DNA from: an uncultured Candidatus Binatia bacterium
GTDB taxonomy: Bacteria; Desulfobacterota; Binatia; UBA9968; JAJDTQ01
DNA length: 64,000 nt
NCBI GenBank assembly: GCA_965261895.1
Contig: OZ253480.1
Location: 4,379,210 to 4,443,209 of the forward strand
Direction of reading: 5' to 3'
Part shown: positions 51,561-64,000 of the stretch, piece by piece
How positions within the stretch are numbered: the first letter of the stretch is position 1
Layout of the letters: every line of letters starts with the position of its first letter
Program-made: the position numbers and the translations under genes
Notes under the pieces: model-generated
Told to the model about the DNA's origin: nothing
The model's input: only the letters and a program-made list of their open reading frames with translations
Databases searched by the model: none

Positions 51561-53203
51561 GAGTCTGCGCCGCAGGAACGGGAGGGATTATAGGGGGGGA
51601 CCGTTTAGTTGTGGTATGAAGTATGTAGAGGAGAGCAAGGGCACAACATATTGTGGGGAGGATGTTTGTATGCCGACGAGGTTTCGCCCGTACCATCGAG
51701 GGCAGCAGTTGTTAATGCCGCCGGACCTGCGGGAGTGGGTGCGGGAGGGGCACTTGGCGCATCACGTCAGCGACATGGTAGAGGCGCTGGATTTGAGAGG
51801 GTTTTACGAGCGGTATGAGGGGGACGGGCGGCGCAACTCGCCGTATGATCCATCGATGATGGTGAAGGTACTGATTTATGGGTACGCGACGGGGGTATTT
51901 TCGTCGCGGAAGATAGCGAAGAAAGTGGAAGAGGATGTGGCGTTTCGGATGTTGGCGGCAGGGAATTATCCACAGCACCGGACGATCTGTGAGTTTCGGC
52001 GGCGGCATAGGGAGGAGTTTCGGAGGTTGTTTGTGGCGGTGGTTCGGTTGGCGCGGGAGATGGGGGTGGTGAAGTTTGGGACGCTATCGGTGGACGGGAC
52101 GAAGGTACGAGCGAATGCGAGCAAGCGCAAGGCGATGAGCTATGAGCGGATGGAGAAGGAAATGGGACGGTTGAAGGAGGAGATCCGTGGGCTGGTAGAG
52201 CAGGCGGAGGCGGTGGATGAAGCGGAGGACGGGGAGTACGGGGCAGAGATACGCGGGGACGAGATGCCGAAGGAGTTGAGACGGCGGGAAGCGCGGCTGG
52301 CGGCGATTGAGGCGGCGAAGGAGCGGCTGGAAGCGGCACAACGGGGGGCGGATGATGCGCGGGGGCGTGAGCCGGGTCAGGCGTGCAACCCCAAGGGGGG
52401 TAGGCCCTACAAGCGTGGGTATGGGGAGCCGAAGCCGAAGGCGCAGAGCAACTTTACCGATCCCGAGAGCGGGATCATGAAGACCAGCACGGAAGGATTC
52501 CAGCAGTGTTACAACGCGCAGGTGGTGGTGGATGGCGAACACCAGATCATCGTCGAAACGCATGTGGGAGCGGAGGCCACGGACCAGGGTCAGATGATCC
52601 CGTTGCTGGACCAGGTAAAAACGACCCACAAGGCGGTGCCGGCGGTGGTGCTAGCGGATGCGGGGTATTGCAACGAGGAGGATCTGGTTGAACTGGAGTT
52701 GCGCAGCATCGACGGCCATGTGGCTCTGGGACGGGAGGGCAAGGTGCAGGCCGAGGTGAATCCCGAGACGCTTCCTGCGACCCATCGCATGGGAGCCAAG
52801 CTGGCGAGCCCCGAGGGCCGGGCGTGTTATGCCAAGCGCAAGTGGCTGTCGGAGGCGCCCAACGGGTGGATCAAGGAGGTGCTGGGGTTCCGGCGGTTCA
52901 GTCTTCGGGGGTTGGAGAAGGTGCGGGGCGAGTGGGACTTGGTGTGCCTGGCCTTGAACATCAAGCGGCTGCCGGCCCTGGCAGCGTGCTGAGGGGCCGC
53001 ACCGGAGGTATTTTCCAAGGGCTGAGTATGAAAAACCGTGACGATGGCGAACCAAACGCCGACGGATCACCTCTGGTTTCTGTATCGAACAGTCCATGTC
53101 GAAGCCCGATGATATCCGAACTCCGTTTACAAGCCGTCATACTGAATCTGCCGTCGTATCGCTTACCCGATCTCGCCGCCAACTCTTCCTGCGGCGCAGA
53201 CTC
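51561..53203 (+). mobile_element. IS1182-family insertion sequence
   Basis: 18-bp TIRs GAGTCTGCGCCGCAGGAA and TTCCTGCGGCGCAGACTC; CTAG at 51557-51560 and 53204-53207. Confidence 0.92.
51670..52992 (+). CDS. IS1182 family transposase
   Basis: YDP.MM.KVL.YGY..G.FSSRKI, VDGTK..ANAS, NFTDPES, YNAQ, ADAGY, GFRRFSLRG..KV.GEW. Confidence 0.95.
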   Translation: MPTRFRPYHRGQQLLMPPDLREWVREGHLAHHVSDMVEALDLRGFYERYEGDGRRNSPYDPSMMVKVLIYGYATGVFSSRKIAKKVEEDVAFRMLAAGNYPQHRTICEFRRRHREEFRRLFVAVVRLAREMGVVKFGTLSVDGTKVRANASKRKAMSYERMEKEMGRLKEEIRGLVEQAEAVDEAEDGEYGAEIRGDEMPKELRRREARLAAIEAAKERLEAAQRGADDARGREPGQACNPKGGRPYKRGYGEPKPKAQSNFTDPESGIMKTSTEGFQQCYNAQVVVDGEHQIIVETHVGAEATDQGQMIPLLDQVKTTHKAVPAVVLADAGYCNEEDLVELELRSIDGHVALGREGKVQAEVNPETLPATHRMGAKLASPEGRACYAKRKWLSEAPNGWIKEVLGFRRFSLRGLEKVRGEWDLVCLALNIKRLPALAAC

Positions 53204-53495
53204 CTAGGAGCTTGCATCGGCCAGACAGCGCGGTGCTTGCATCGGCCGACATCGCGGTGCGGGCGCGGGCGGGTTTGAAACCCGCCCCTACACGCCCCCT
53301 GCAGCGCAGGCTCCTGACGACGACGGCCGCATCCCGCCAGAATGTCCCGATTCGCATGCCGGATTACGTGGGATTTCGCCGTCGTGAAGGCATGACGACT
53401 TGTAGGGGCGGGTTTCAAACCCGCCCGTGTCGCGGACATTCGGTGCACGTCGTCAACGATTTGAATGTTGCAGAACACCAGGGAGGTTTCCGTCG

Positions 53496-53660
53496 ATGGT
53501 TGAATGCCCCGTTTGTGGAGCAGAGTTGGAGCTCGAAGAAGACGCGGTGGAAGGCGAGCTGATCGCCTGCGCCGACTGCGGCACCGAGCTCGAGGTGACG
53601 AGCCTCGATCCGCCGGCGGTGGACGAGGCGCCCAAGGAAGAGGAAGACTGGGGAGAATGA
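53496..53660 (+). CDS. lysW: LysW amino-group carrier protein
   Basis: 54 aa, CPVCG...CADCG zinc ribbon, acidic, C-terminal EEDWGE. Confidence 0.97.
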   Translation: MVECPVCGAELELEEDAVEGELIACADCGTELEVTSLDPPAVDEAPKEEEDWGE

Positions 53661-54529
53661 GCTTGAAGATCGGTTTACTGCATTCACTGGTCCGGCCCGA
53701 GGAGAAGCTCCTGATCAAGGAGATTCGGCAGCGGCCCGGCGTGGAGCTCCGGATGATCGACGACCGGCGGCTCTCGTTCAACCTGGGCAAGGACCAATAC
53801 GACCTGGACGTGCTGCTGGAGCGGTGCATCAACCACTCCCGGGCACTGCACGGTCTGCGGCTGTTCGAGAGCGCCGGCGTGCGTTGCGTCAACTCGTCAT
53901 CGGTCGCCGCCGTGTGCGGGGACAAGATCCTCACCTCGGTGCAGTTGCAGGAGCACGGCGTGCCCCAGCCCGAGGTGCGCATCGCCTTTACCGAGGAATC
54001 CACCCTGGAGGCCATTGAGGCGATGGGCTATCCCGTGGTGCTCAAGCCCGCCGTGGGCTCCTGGGGCCGGCTGCTGGCCAAGGTCAACGACCGGGACGCG
54101 GCGGAGTCGATCCTCGAGCACAAGGCCATTCTCGGCTCCTACCACCATTCCATCTTCTACATTCAGCAATACGTCGAGAAGAGCGGGCGGGATATCCGGA
54201 GCTTCGTCATCGGAGACGAATGCGTGGCCGCCATCTACCGTTACAGCGACCACTGGATCACCAACACGGCCCGGGGCGGGCGCGCGGAGAACTGTCCTTT
54301 GACGGACGAGCTGCGGGACCTCTCGGTTCGCGCGTGCCGCGCGGTGGGAGGCGGCATCGTCGCCGTGGATCTTTTCGAGACCCCCGGGGGCCTGCTGGTG
54401 AACGAGGTGAACTACACGATGGAATTCCGGAACAGCATCGACACCACCGGCGTGAACATTCCCGGCTTGGTCGTCGAGCACGTGCTCCGGGTGGGGCAGG
54501 CGGAACAGGAGCGAAAGGGTGCGGCCTGA
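53657..54529 (+). CDS. lysX: LysX alpha-aminoadipate--LysW ligase (ATP-grasp)
   Basis: [18 protein letters not shown]...[20 protein letters not shown]. Confidence 0.93.
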   Translation: MSLKIGLLHSLVRPEEKLLIKEIRQRPGVELRMIDDRRLSFNLGKDQYDLDVLLERCINHSRALHGLRLFESAGVRCVNSSSVAAVCGDKILTSVQLQEHGVPQPEVRIAFTEESTLEAIEAMGYPVVLKPAVGSWGRLLAKVNDRDAAESILEHKAILGSYHHSIFYIQQYVEKSGRDIRSFVIGDECVAAIYRYSDHWITNTARGGRAENCPLTDELRDLSVRACRAVGGGIVAVDLFETPGGLLVNEVNYTMEFRNSIDTTGVNIPGLVVEHVLRVGQAEQERKGAA

Positions 54530-54698
54530 GGGGCCGGCGGACATGATTCGGATCATCGACGTGGATCGGCGCGACGACTTGTAGGGGCGGGTTTCAAACC
54601 CGCCCGCCTGACCGTTGCCACGGGAAGAGGAGCAACGCAGCCGACGGCAAGAAGGACAAGCAGATGCGTAAACTTGTTCGTGAGACAGGACACCAACC

Positions 54699-55745
54699 GT
54701 GGCGGATAGGCTGAAGGTCTCCATCGTGGGGGCGTCCGGCTACACCGGCGGCGAGCTCCTGCGTCTGCTGCTGTGGCATCCCGGGGTGGAGGTGTGCGAG
54801 GTCACCTCGGAGCGCTTCGCCGGCAAGTTCGTGTTCAAGGCCCATCCCAACCTGCGGAAGCGGACGCAGCTTCGGTTCTGCCGGATGGACGAGTTGAAGC
54901 CGTGCGACGTGCTGTTCCTCTGCCTGCCCCACGGCCAAGCCATGGAGCGCATCGAGTCGTTCCAGGCGCTGGCGCCGAAGCTGATCGACCTGAGCGCGGA
55001 TTTCCGGCTCAACGATCCGGACGAGTACCAACGCTGGTACGACAAGCCGCACGCGCGCCCGGAGCTGATGAAGGACTTCGTATACGGAGTTCCCGAACTT
55101 CACCGCGAGGAGATACGCGGAGCGAGCTTCGTCACCGGCGCCGGGTGCAACGCCACCGCCACGATTCTCGGGGTCTACCCCTTCTTCAAGCAGGGACTCG
55201 TGGACCGGGACCGCACGGTGGTGGAGGTCAAGGTGGGTTCCAGCGAAGGCGGCAACGCCGCCAGCGACGCGTCTCACCATCCCGAGCGGAGCGGCGCGGT
55301 GCGCTCGTTCATGCCTACCCTGCACCGCCACTGCGCGGAGATCTACCAGGAGCTGGCTTTCGGCGAGCCGATCCGGGTGTATTTTTCCGCCACTTCCATC
55401 GAAATGGTGCGCGGGGTGCTGGCCACTGCCCACCTCTTCCTGCGCGAGCCGCTGGAGGAGAAGGACGTGTGGAAGATCTACCGCGAGGCCTACGGCAACG
55501 AGCCCTTCATCCGCATCGTCAAGGAGGCCGACGGCATCTACCGGTTTCCCGAGCCCAAGCTGCTCAGCGGCACCAACTACTGCGACATCGGCTTTCAGAA
55601 GGAGAAGGGCTCCGATCGTCTGGTGGTGCTCAGCGCGCTGGACAATCTCATGAAGGGCGCCTCGGGACAGGCGGTCCAGGCGTTCAACCTCATGAACGGC
55701 TTCGAGGAGACCCTGGGCCTCGAGTTCCCGGGACTGCATCCGTAG
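54699..55745 (+). CDS. lysY: LysY/ArgC-type reductase, copy 1
   Basis: GASGYTGGELLRLL, IDLSADFRL, GCNATA, SHHPERS, DNLMKGASGQA. Confidence 0.93.
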   Translation: MADRLKVSIVGASGYTGGELLRLLLWHPGVEVCEVTSERFAGKFVFKAHPNLRKRTQLRFCRMDELKPCDVLFLCLPHGQAMERIESFQALAPKLIDLSADFRLNDPDEYQRWYDKPHARPELMKDFVYGVPELHREEIRGASFVTGAGCNATATILGVYPFFKQGLVDRDRTVVEVKVGSSEGGNAASDASHHPERSGAVRSFMPTLHRHCAEIYQELAFGEPIRVYFSATSIEMVRGVLATAHLFLREPLEEKDVWKIYREAYGNEPFIRIVKEADGIYRFPEPKLLSGTNYCDIGFQKEKGSDRLVVLSALDNLMKGASGQAVQAFNLMNGFEETLGLEFPGLHP

Positions 55746-55778
55746 AGTTGGAGAAGGTCTTGATCAATTGGCATGGCA

Positions 55779-56010
55779 TCCTTCGACTTCGCTTCGCTAC
55801 GCTCAGGATGAACGGGGATGGAAGCGTTCCGCTAAGGACGAGCGGGGATGAAAGCATTCCGCTCAGGACGAACGGGGATGGAAGCATTCCGTTCAGGATG
55901 AACGGGGATGGAAGCGTTCCGCTCAGGACGAGCGAGGATGAAAGCGTTCCGTTCGTCCTGAGCCCTTCGACAAGGCTCAGGACAGGCGTAGCGAAGCGAA
56001 GTCGAAGGAC
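55779..56010. repeat. Family D palindrome with five internal 30-bp tandem units
   Basis: GCTCAGGA(T/C)GAACGGGGATGGAAGCGTTCC-like units at 55801, 55831, 55861, 55891 and 55921. Confidence 0.9.
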
Positions 56011-56042
56011 GCCAAATTTCAACGGCAAATAGTCGAGGTTCC

Positions 56043-56681
56043 ATGTGCCGCCTGTTGTGCGTGAAGAGTCATGAACCGTTCGACATCGGCGAGCGGTTGT
56101 CGCATCTGGCCGAGATCGCCCGGAACAGCCCGGAGTATCACGGCCACGGCTGGGGCTGCGCCTATCTGGTGGACGGTGAATGGCGGGTGTACCGGAACAT
56201 CAAGCCGGTGTGGGAGGACGACCTGGGGCAATTCGGCGCCACGACGCTGCTGGTGGCTCACGCCCGCAGCGCGTTTCGCGACGAGAACATCGTGGTGGAG
56301 AACAACATGCCGTTCTGCGACGACCGCTACGTGTTCGCCTTCAACGGCGAGCTCCGGGGCGTTCGCATCACCGCGGAGGGCCGCATCGGCGCGGAGAAGG
56401 TGTTCAACTACATCAAGCGCTTCGACAAGGGCGACATGGCCGCGGCCATGAGAAAAGGGATGGACATCATCGTCCGCAGGACACGCTACGTCAGGGCCAT
56501 GAACATGATCATCGCCGACAGGGAGAATGTCTACGTGGGGTCGTTCTTCAACCAGGATCCGGAGTATTTCAGGCTGCGCGCCCGAGACGACTCCCGCGGT
56601 TTCACGGTGAGCTCCGAGACCGTGCAGGAGCACGCCGAGTGGCGAACGATTCCCAACGACACGGTGGAGTGGCTCCGATGA
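56043..56681 (+). CDS. Class II glutamine amidotransferase-like Ntn hydrolase (YafJ/EgtC/Dug3 type), copy 1
   Basis: N-terminal MCRLL, HGWG, AHARSA, NNMPF, FAFNG. Confidence 0.87.
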   Translation: MCRLLCVKSHEPFDIGERLSHLAEIARNSPEYHGHGWGCAYLVDGEWRVYRNIKPVWEDDLGQFGATTLLVAHARSAFRDENIVVENNMPFCDDRYVFAFNGELRGVRITAEGRIGAEKVFNYIKRFDKGDMAAAMRKGMDIIVRRTRYVRAMNMIIADRENVYVGSFFNQDPEYFRLRARDDSRGFTVSSETVQEHAEWRTIPNDTVEWLR

Positions 56682-57465
56682 TCCTGGTGAAGATCGGCGG
56701 CGGCAGCGACATCAACCTCCCGGGCATCGCCGAGGACCTGGCGGCGCTGTCCGACCGGTTCATCGTGGTGCACGGCGCCAACGCGGTGCGGGACGCCATC
56801 GCGGCCAAGCTCGGCACCCCCACCCAGGTGGTCACGTCGGTGTCGGGCTACACCAGCGTGCTGTCGGACAAGGCCGCCCTGGACGCCATCCTGATGGGCT
56901 ACGCGGGGGTGCAGAACAAGCGCATCGTGGAGCTGCTGCAACAGAACGGGGTCAACGCCGTCGGCCTCTCCGGCATCGACGGCCGGGCGATCCAGGGCCA
57001 GCGCAACAAGGGAATCCGTGTCCGCAAGAACGGCAAGACGCTCATCGTCCGGGACTTCTCGGGCAAGCCCAAAAGCGCCAACAAGGAGCTGTTCCAGTTG
57101 CTGCTTGACGGCGGCTACGCGCCGGTGCTGTCCATTCCCATCATCGACGAGCGCCACACCGCCATCAACTCCGAGAACGACGACATCATCAACGTGCTCC
57201 AGGCCGCGTTTCACGCCGAGGTGGTGCTGCAGCTCATCGAGGCCCCGGGCTTCCTTGCGGACAAGGACGACGAGAGCACGGTGGTGCCCCGCATCGGCGC
57301 CGCCGAGCTGGAGCAGCGGGAAGCTCAGGTGGAGGGGCGCATGAAGCGCAAGATGCTGGCGCTGCGAAGGCTTTTCGAGGAAGGCGCGGACAAGGTCGTC
57401 ATGAGCGACGGCCGAGTGGAGCATCCGGTTCGTGACGCCCTGGCGGGGAAAGGAACGGTGATTCA

Positions 57466-57469
<4 letters not shown>
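56678..57469 (+). CDS. lysZ: LysZ/ArgB-type kinase
   Basis: MILVKIGG, VVHG, SGYTS, GLSGIDG, DFSGK, GRMKRK. Confidence 0.92.
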
Positions 57470-58659
<1,190 letters not shown>

Positions 58660-58776
58660 TTGACGTGCGGTGTCTGCCGGTCTGTGTCCAATGGCGTCAG
58701 CATGGCCCGGCTTCCACAGCCGTCAGATGATCTAAAAGGCGGAGTAGGTCTTGCCTGTTCCCGTCGCAAGGACAAA

Positions 58777-59070
58777 CTACCCAATAGGCTGGATAGTCAA
58801 TTTGTATCCAAGCGCCCTTGCCACCTTGGCAACAGTGAGAAAAGTCGGATTTCCCTCGCTTGACAACGCCTTATACAGGCTCTCACGGGTCAGGCCGGTG
58901 TCCCTGGCGAGTTGGCTCATATTATGAGCGCGGGCGACAACTCCCAATGCATGTACAATGAATGCAGGATCATCTCCCGCCTCCTCAAGGCAGGCTTCCA
59001 GGTAAAGCTGAATATCTTCGTCAGTTTTGAGATATTCTGCCGAATCCCAGCGGGTTGTCGAGAGAGTCAT
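58777..59070 (-). CDS. Addiction-module antidote protein (HI1420-like HTH)
   Basis: WDSAEYL, ALG.VARA..MSQLARDTGL.RESLYKALS..GNP. Confidence 0.92.
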   Translation of the reverse strand: MTLSTTRWDSAEYLKTDEDIQLYLEACLEEAGDDPAFIVHALGVVARAHNMSQLARDTGLTRESLYKALSSEGNPTFLTVAKVARALGYKLTIQPIG

Positions 59071-59073
59071 GGT

Positions 59074-59370
59074 TCAATCTCCTAATTCCCCGGCCAATTC
59101 TTTGGCCTTGAAGATGTCGGCCTGTTGTGTCTTCTTATCGCCGCCACAGAGAAGTACGACCACGACCGTGCCGCGTCGCACAAAATAAACCCTGTAGCCA
59201 GGGCCATAATGAACACGAAGCTCGTTGACTCCCTTACCGACGGGCTGCACATCGCCGAAATTGCCTGTTTCCATCCGATCAATTCGCGCATGTATCCGGG
59301 CCCTGGCCCTTTTATCTCCAAGGTTCTCAAACCAGGTAGCGAATGTCTCCGTTTTGCGAACCTCTATCAT
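59074..59370 (-). CDS. RelE/ParE-family toxin (HI1419-like)
   Basis: GNFGD..PVG.GV.ELR.HYGPGYRVYF, LLCGGDK.TQ..DI. Confidence 0.93.
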   Translation of the reverse strand: MIEVRKTETFATWFENLGDKRARARIHARIDRMETGNFGDVQPVGKGVNELRVHYGPGYRVYFVRRGTVVVVLLCGGDKKTQQADIFKAKELAGELGD

Positions 59371-59636
59371 CTATGAACCGTAATTCACACATCGAAGGTC
59401 GTCAACTATGGGCTGGTCGGGACCCTCTTTTGGCCAGCCGTGCCGGTTCTCTTGAGGATGCCGGTTTTGATGAAGTGCGGGTATCTAGGAGCTTGCATCG
59501 GCCGACATCATGGTGCGGGCGCGGGCGGGTTTCAAACCCGCCCGCCTGACCGTTGCCACGGGAAGAGGAGCAACGCAGCCGACGGCAAGAAGGACAAGCA
59601 GATGCGTAAACTTGTTCGTGAGACAGGACACCAACC

Positions 59637-60683
59637 GTGGCGGATAGGCTGAAGGTCTCCATCGTGGGGGCGTCCGGCTACACCGGCGGCGAGCTCCTGC
59701 GTCTGCTGCTGTGGCATCCCGGGGTGGAGGTGTGCGAGATCACCTCGGAGCGCTTCGCCGGCAAGTTCGTGTTCAAGGCCCATCCCAACCTGCGGAAGCG
59801 GACGCAGCTCCGGTTCTGCCGGATGGACGAGTTGAAGCCGTGCGACGTGCTGTTCCTGTGCCTGCCCCACGGCCAGGCCATGGAGCGGTTCGAGTCCCTC
59901 CGCGGGCTGGCGCCGAAGCTGATCGACCTGAGCGCGGACTTCCGGCTCAACGACCCGGACGAGTACCAACGCTGGTACGGCAAGCCACACGCGCGGCCGG
60001 AGCTGATGAAGGACTTCGTGTACGGAGTTCCCGAGTTGCACCGCGAGGAGATACGGAGCGCCAGCTTCGTCACCGGCGCCGGGTGCAACGCCACCGCGAC
60101 GATTCTCGGCGTTTACCCCTTCTTCAAGCAGGGACTCGTGGACCGGGACCGCACGGTGGTGGAGGTCAAGGTGGGTTCCAGCGAAGGAGGCAACGCCGCC
60201 AGCGACGCGTCTCACCATCCCGAGCGGAGCGGCGCGGTGCGCTCGTTCATGCCTACCCTGCACCGCCACTGCGCGGAGATCTACCAGGAACTGGCTTTCG
60301 GCGAGCCGATCCGGGTGTATTTCTCCGCCACTTCCATCGAAATGGTGCGCGGGGTGCTGGCCACTGCCCACCTCTTCCTGCGCGAGCCGCTGGAGGAGAA
60401 GGACGTGTGGAAGATCTACCGCGAGGCCTACGGCAACGAGCCCTTCATCCGCATCGTCAAGGAGGCCGACGGCATCTACCGGTATCCCGAGCCCAAGCTG
60501 CTCAGCGGCACCAACTACTGCGACATCGGCTTTCAGAAGGAGAAGGGCTCCGATCGTCTGGTGGTGCTCAGCGCGCTGGACAATCTCATGAAGGGCGCCT
60601 CCGGACAGGCGGTCCAGGCGTTCAACCTCATGAACGGCTTCGAGGAGACCCTGGGCCTCGAGTTCCCGGGTTTGCATCCGTAG
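59637..60683 (+). CDS. lysY: LysY/ArgC-type reductase, copy 2
   Basis: 348 aa, a few substitutions versus copy 1. Confidence 0.92.
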   Translation: MADRLKVSIVGASGYTGGELLRLLLWHPGVEVCEITSERFAGKFVFKAHPNLRKRTQLRFCRMDELKPCDVLFLCLPHGQAMERFESLRGLAPKLIDLSADFRLNDPDEYQRWYGKPHARPELMKDFVYGVPELHREEIRSASFVTGAGCNATATILGVYPFFKQGLVDRDRTVVEVKVGSSEGGNAASDASHHPERSGAVRSFMPTLHRHCAEIYQELAFGEPIRVYFSATSIEMVRGVLATAHLFLREPLEEKDVWKIYREAYGNEPFIRIVKEADGIYRYPEPKLLSGTNYCDIGFQKEKGSDRLVVLSALDNLMKGASGQAVQAFNLMNGFEETLGLEFPGLHP

Positions 60684-60711
60684 ATGGAGTTGGCGAAGGC
60701 CGTGACCGATT

Positions 60712-60815
60712 GGATTGGCGTCCTTCGACTTCGCTTCGCTACGCTCAGGACGAACGGAACGCTTCCATCCCCGTTCGTCCTGAGCGTAGCGAAGCGAAGT
60801 CGAAGGACGCCAATC
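60712..60815. repeat. Family D palindrome, single unit
   Basis: GGATTGGCGTCCTTCGACTTCGCTTCGCTACGCTCAGGACGAACGG plus its reverse complement. Confidence 0.87.
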
Positions 60816-60865
60816 CAAGGACGCCAAATTTCAACGGCAAACAGTCGAGGTTCGCTGTCATAGCC

Positions 60866-61500
60866 ATGTGCCGTTTACTGTGTGTGAAGAATCAGGAACC
60901 GTTCGACATCGGCGAGCGTCTGTCGCATCTGGCCGAGATCGCCCGGACCAGCCCGGAGTACCAGGGCCACGGCTGGGGCTGCGCCTATCTGGTGGACGGT
61001 GAGTGGCGGGTGTACCGGAACATCAAGCCGGTGTGGGAGGACGACCTGGGGCAATTCGGCGCCACGACGCTGCTGGTGGCTCACGCCCGCAGCGCGTTCC
61101 GCGATGAGAACATCGTGGTGGAGAACAACATGCCGTTCTGCGACGACCGCTACGTGTTCGCCTTCAACGGCGAGCTCCGGGGCGTTCGCATCACCGCGGA
61201 GGGCCGTATCGGCGCGGAGAAGGTGTTCAACTACATCAAGCGCTTCGACAAGGGCGACATGGCCGCGGCCATGCGAAAAGGTATGGACATCATCGTCCGC
61301 AGGACACGTTACGTCAGGGCCATGAACATGATCATCGCCGACAGGGAAAACGTCTACGTGGGGTCGTTCTTCAACCAGGACCCGGAGTATTTCAGGCTGC
61401 GCGTCCGAGATGACTCCCGCGGGTTCACGGTGAGCTCCGAGACCGTGCAGGAGCACGCGGAGTGGCGAACGATTCCCAACGACACGGTGGAGCAGCTTCG

Positions 61501-61504
<4 letters not shown>
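60866..61504 (+). CDS. Ntn hydrolase, copy 2
   Basis: ATG at 60866 gives MCRLL; near-identical to copy 1. Confidence 0.87.
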
Positions 61505-63078
<1,574 letters not shown>

Positions 63079-63117
63079 CGTTCGGTGTTTGCCGGTCTCG
63101 GCTCCGAGTAGAACGGC

Positions 63118-63618
63118 TCAGCGCAGGATGTCGGCGTAGCGGGCCAAACGGCGTCGGATTTCAGGCTTGGGAAGACGGCAGCGCGGATGCTTGGAGATTT
63201 TGGTCAGGCCGTCGTGCAGTTCCCGAACGCTCACAGCCGCGGCGGTGTACATCCCGTCGAGAAGCCACAAAACGCCGTGGCATTCGAGCCCCTCATCTTC
63301 CGCGAGGCGGCGAAGCGCACTGTCACCGCTCAGCAGGGTCCACGAACGGGTTTGCGCAAGCGCGAGGGCAAAGCAATCGGGAAGGGAAAGAGCCTGTGCC
63401 CGCTGCCGGTAGGCGAGGGCTCGGCTCACCCCGCCACCATCCAACTCTTCGACGGCAAGCCCTAGACGAATCAGTTCGGCACCGCGCCAGTCTTTCAACT
63501 CGCGCTCGTAGAGCAGGTCGGGAACAGTGAAACGGAATGGCAGGCGGAAGCTGGCCTCCAGCAAGGCCCCCCGTTCGAGATCGACGAGAACAGAGGTGTC
63601 GGAGACCAGCACGTTCAT
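63118..63618 (-). CDS. PIN-domain protein coupled to an ImmA/IrrE-like gene
   Basis: VLVSDTSVLVDL, LSLPDCFALALA, LLSGD..LR..A, HGVLW, RLP. Confidence 0.85.
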   Translation of the reverse strand: MNVLVSDTSVLVDLERGALLEASFRLPFRFTVPDLLYERELKDWRGAELIRLGLAVEELDGGGVSRALAYRQRAQALSLPDCFALALAQTRSWTLLSGDSALRRLAEDEGLECHGVLWLLDGMYTAAAVSVRELHDGLTKISKHPRCRLPKPEIRRRLARYADILR

Positions 63619-63623
63619 CGGAT

Positions 63624-64000
63624 TCAGCCCCTTGCGAGAGCCTCGTGCTGAAAAGCAGGCGGTTCCTCCATTCTCCGGTTCAACTCGTGTACCGACAGGC
63701 CGAGCAACTCCGCGGCCTTTGGCTCGGAAATAGCCTTTTCGGCAACAGCCCGAAACGTCAGGCGCTCGAAACGCATCGGTTTCTCGCCTTTCATCGCATC
63801 GGGCTCTTCGTAAGGAGGGGTGCGCCACCCACGGTGGGTAATTTCGTTGAAGAGCCGCCGAAACAGGGTCTCACTGAAAATGTCGAGGTCCTTACAACGA
63901 TACGTGACCGCCTGAACGCTCGCACCAAAGAGCCGCTTTAGGCCGAACAACTCTTCCCAACCGACCGACGTACGGTGTTTCCCGATAGCCGCCCGCATGG
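63624..64000 (-). CDS. C-terminal part of an ImmA/IrrE (M78) metallopeptidase-type protein, 5' end outside the window
   Basis: LKRLFGASVQA..YRC.DL, GWR..EP, RF.RL..RA..E..IS..KAAELLG. The HExxH motif is not within the window. Confidence 0.75.
   Translation of the reverse strand, partial: MRAAIGKHRTSVGWEELFGLKRLFGASVQAVTYRCKDLDIFSETLFRRLFNEITHRGWRTPPYEEPDAMKGEKPMRFERLTFRAVAEKAISEPKAAELLGLSVHELNRRMEEPPAFQHEALARG

Noticed and set aside
50386-51669. N-terminal extension making an 868-aa transposase
   Set aside because: It lies outside the IS TIR and overlaps the aminotransferase and MITE; the real start is 51670.
55801-55963. Possible CRISPR array
   Set aside because: The 30-bp units are directly adjacent with no unique spacers, no cas genes are present, and the units derive from a REP palindrome.
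59711-60865. Long N-terminal extensions on the Ntn hydrolase, and likewise on LysZ (56180), LivG (13314) and LysX (53504)
   Set aside because: Off-frame overlaps of upstream genes. The true starts are supported by ATGA/GTGA coupling or by the requirement for Cys2.

Overview
High-GC bacterial chromosomal window, accessory-rich, with no rRNA, tRNA or CRISPR array detected. In order it holds: a divergent aroA-like gene cut by the window start; Dpp-type, Fe3+/phosphoester-type and Liv-type ABC importers; a CX5R phosphatase; a low-GC frameshifted parA with a partner gene; ridA, an orphan TAXI binding protein, typA, ampG and a TRAP transporter; ychF, an AAA/DUF4143 ATPase and rnhA; an aldehyde dehydrogenase-amidohydrolase-aminotransferase cassette; five toxin-antitoxin-type pairs; four IS elements; a MITE; and four families of REP-like palindromes. 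Three highlights: (1) a five-gene operon of exported proteins (31.4-40.8 kb) with two caspase-family (C14) proteases, three DUF4384-like domains, an OmpA-like domain, WD40 repeats and an autotransporter-like adhesin, preceded by a C26 tract; (2) an IS110 whose bridge RNA, four guide segments, circle-junction promoter and REP target can be read from the sequence; (3) a lysW-lysX-lysY-lysZ-lysJ cluster lacking lysK but containing an EgtC/Dug3-like Ntn hydrolase, followed by a decayed tandem copy. Family assignments come from motif recognition by eye, not database searches.
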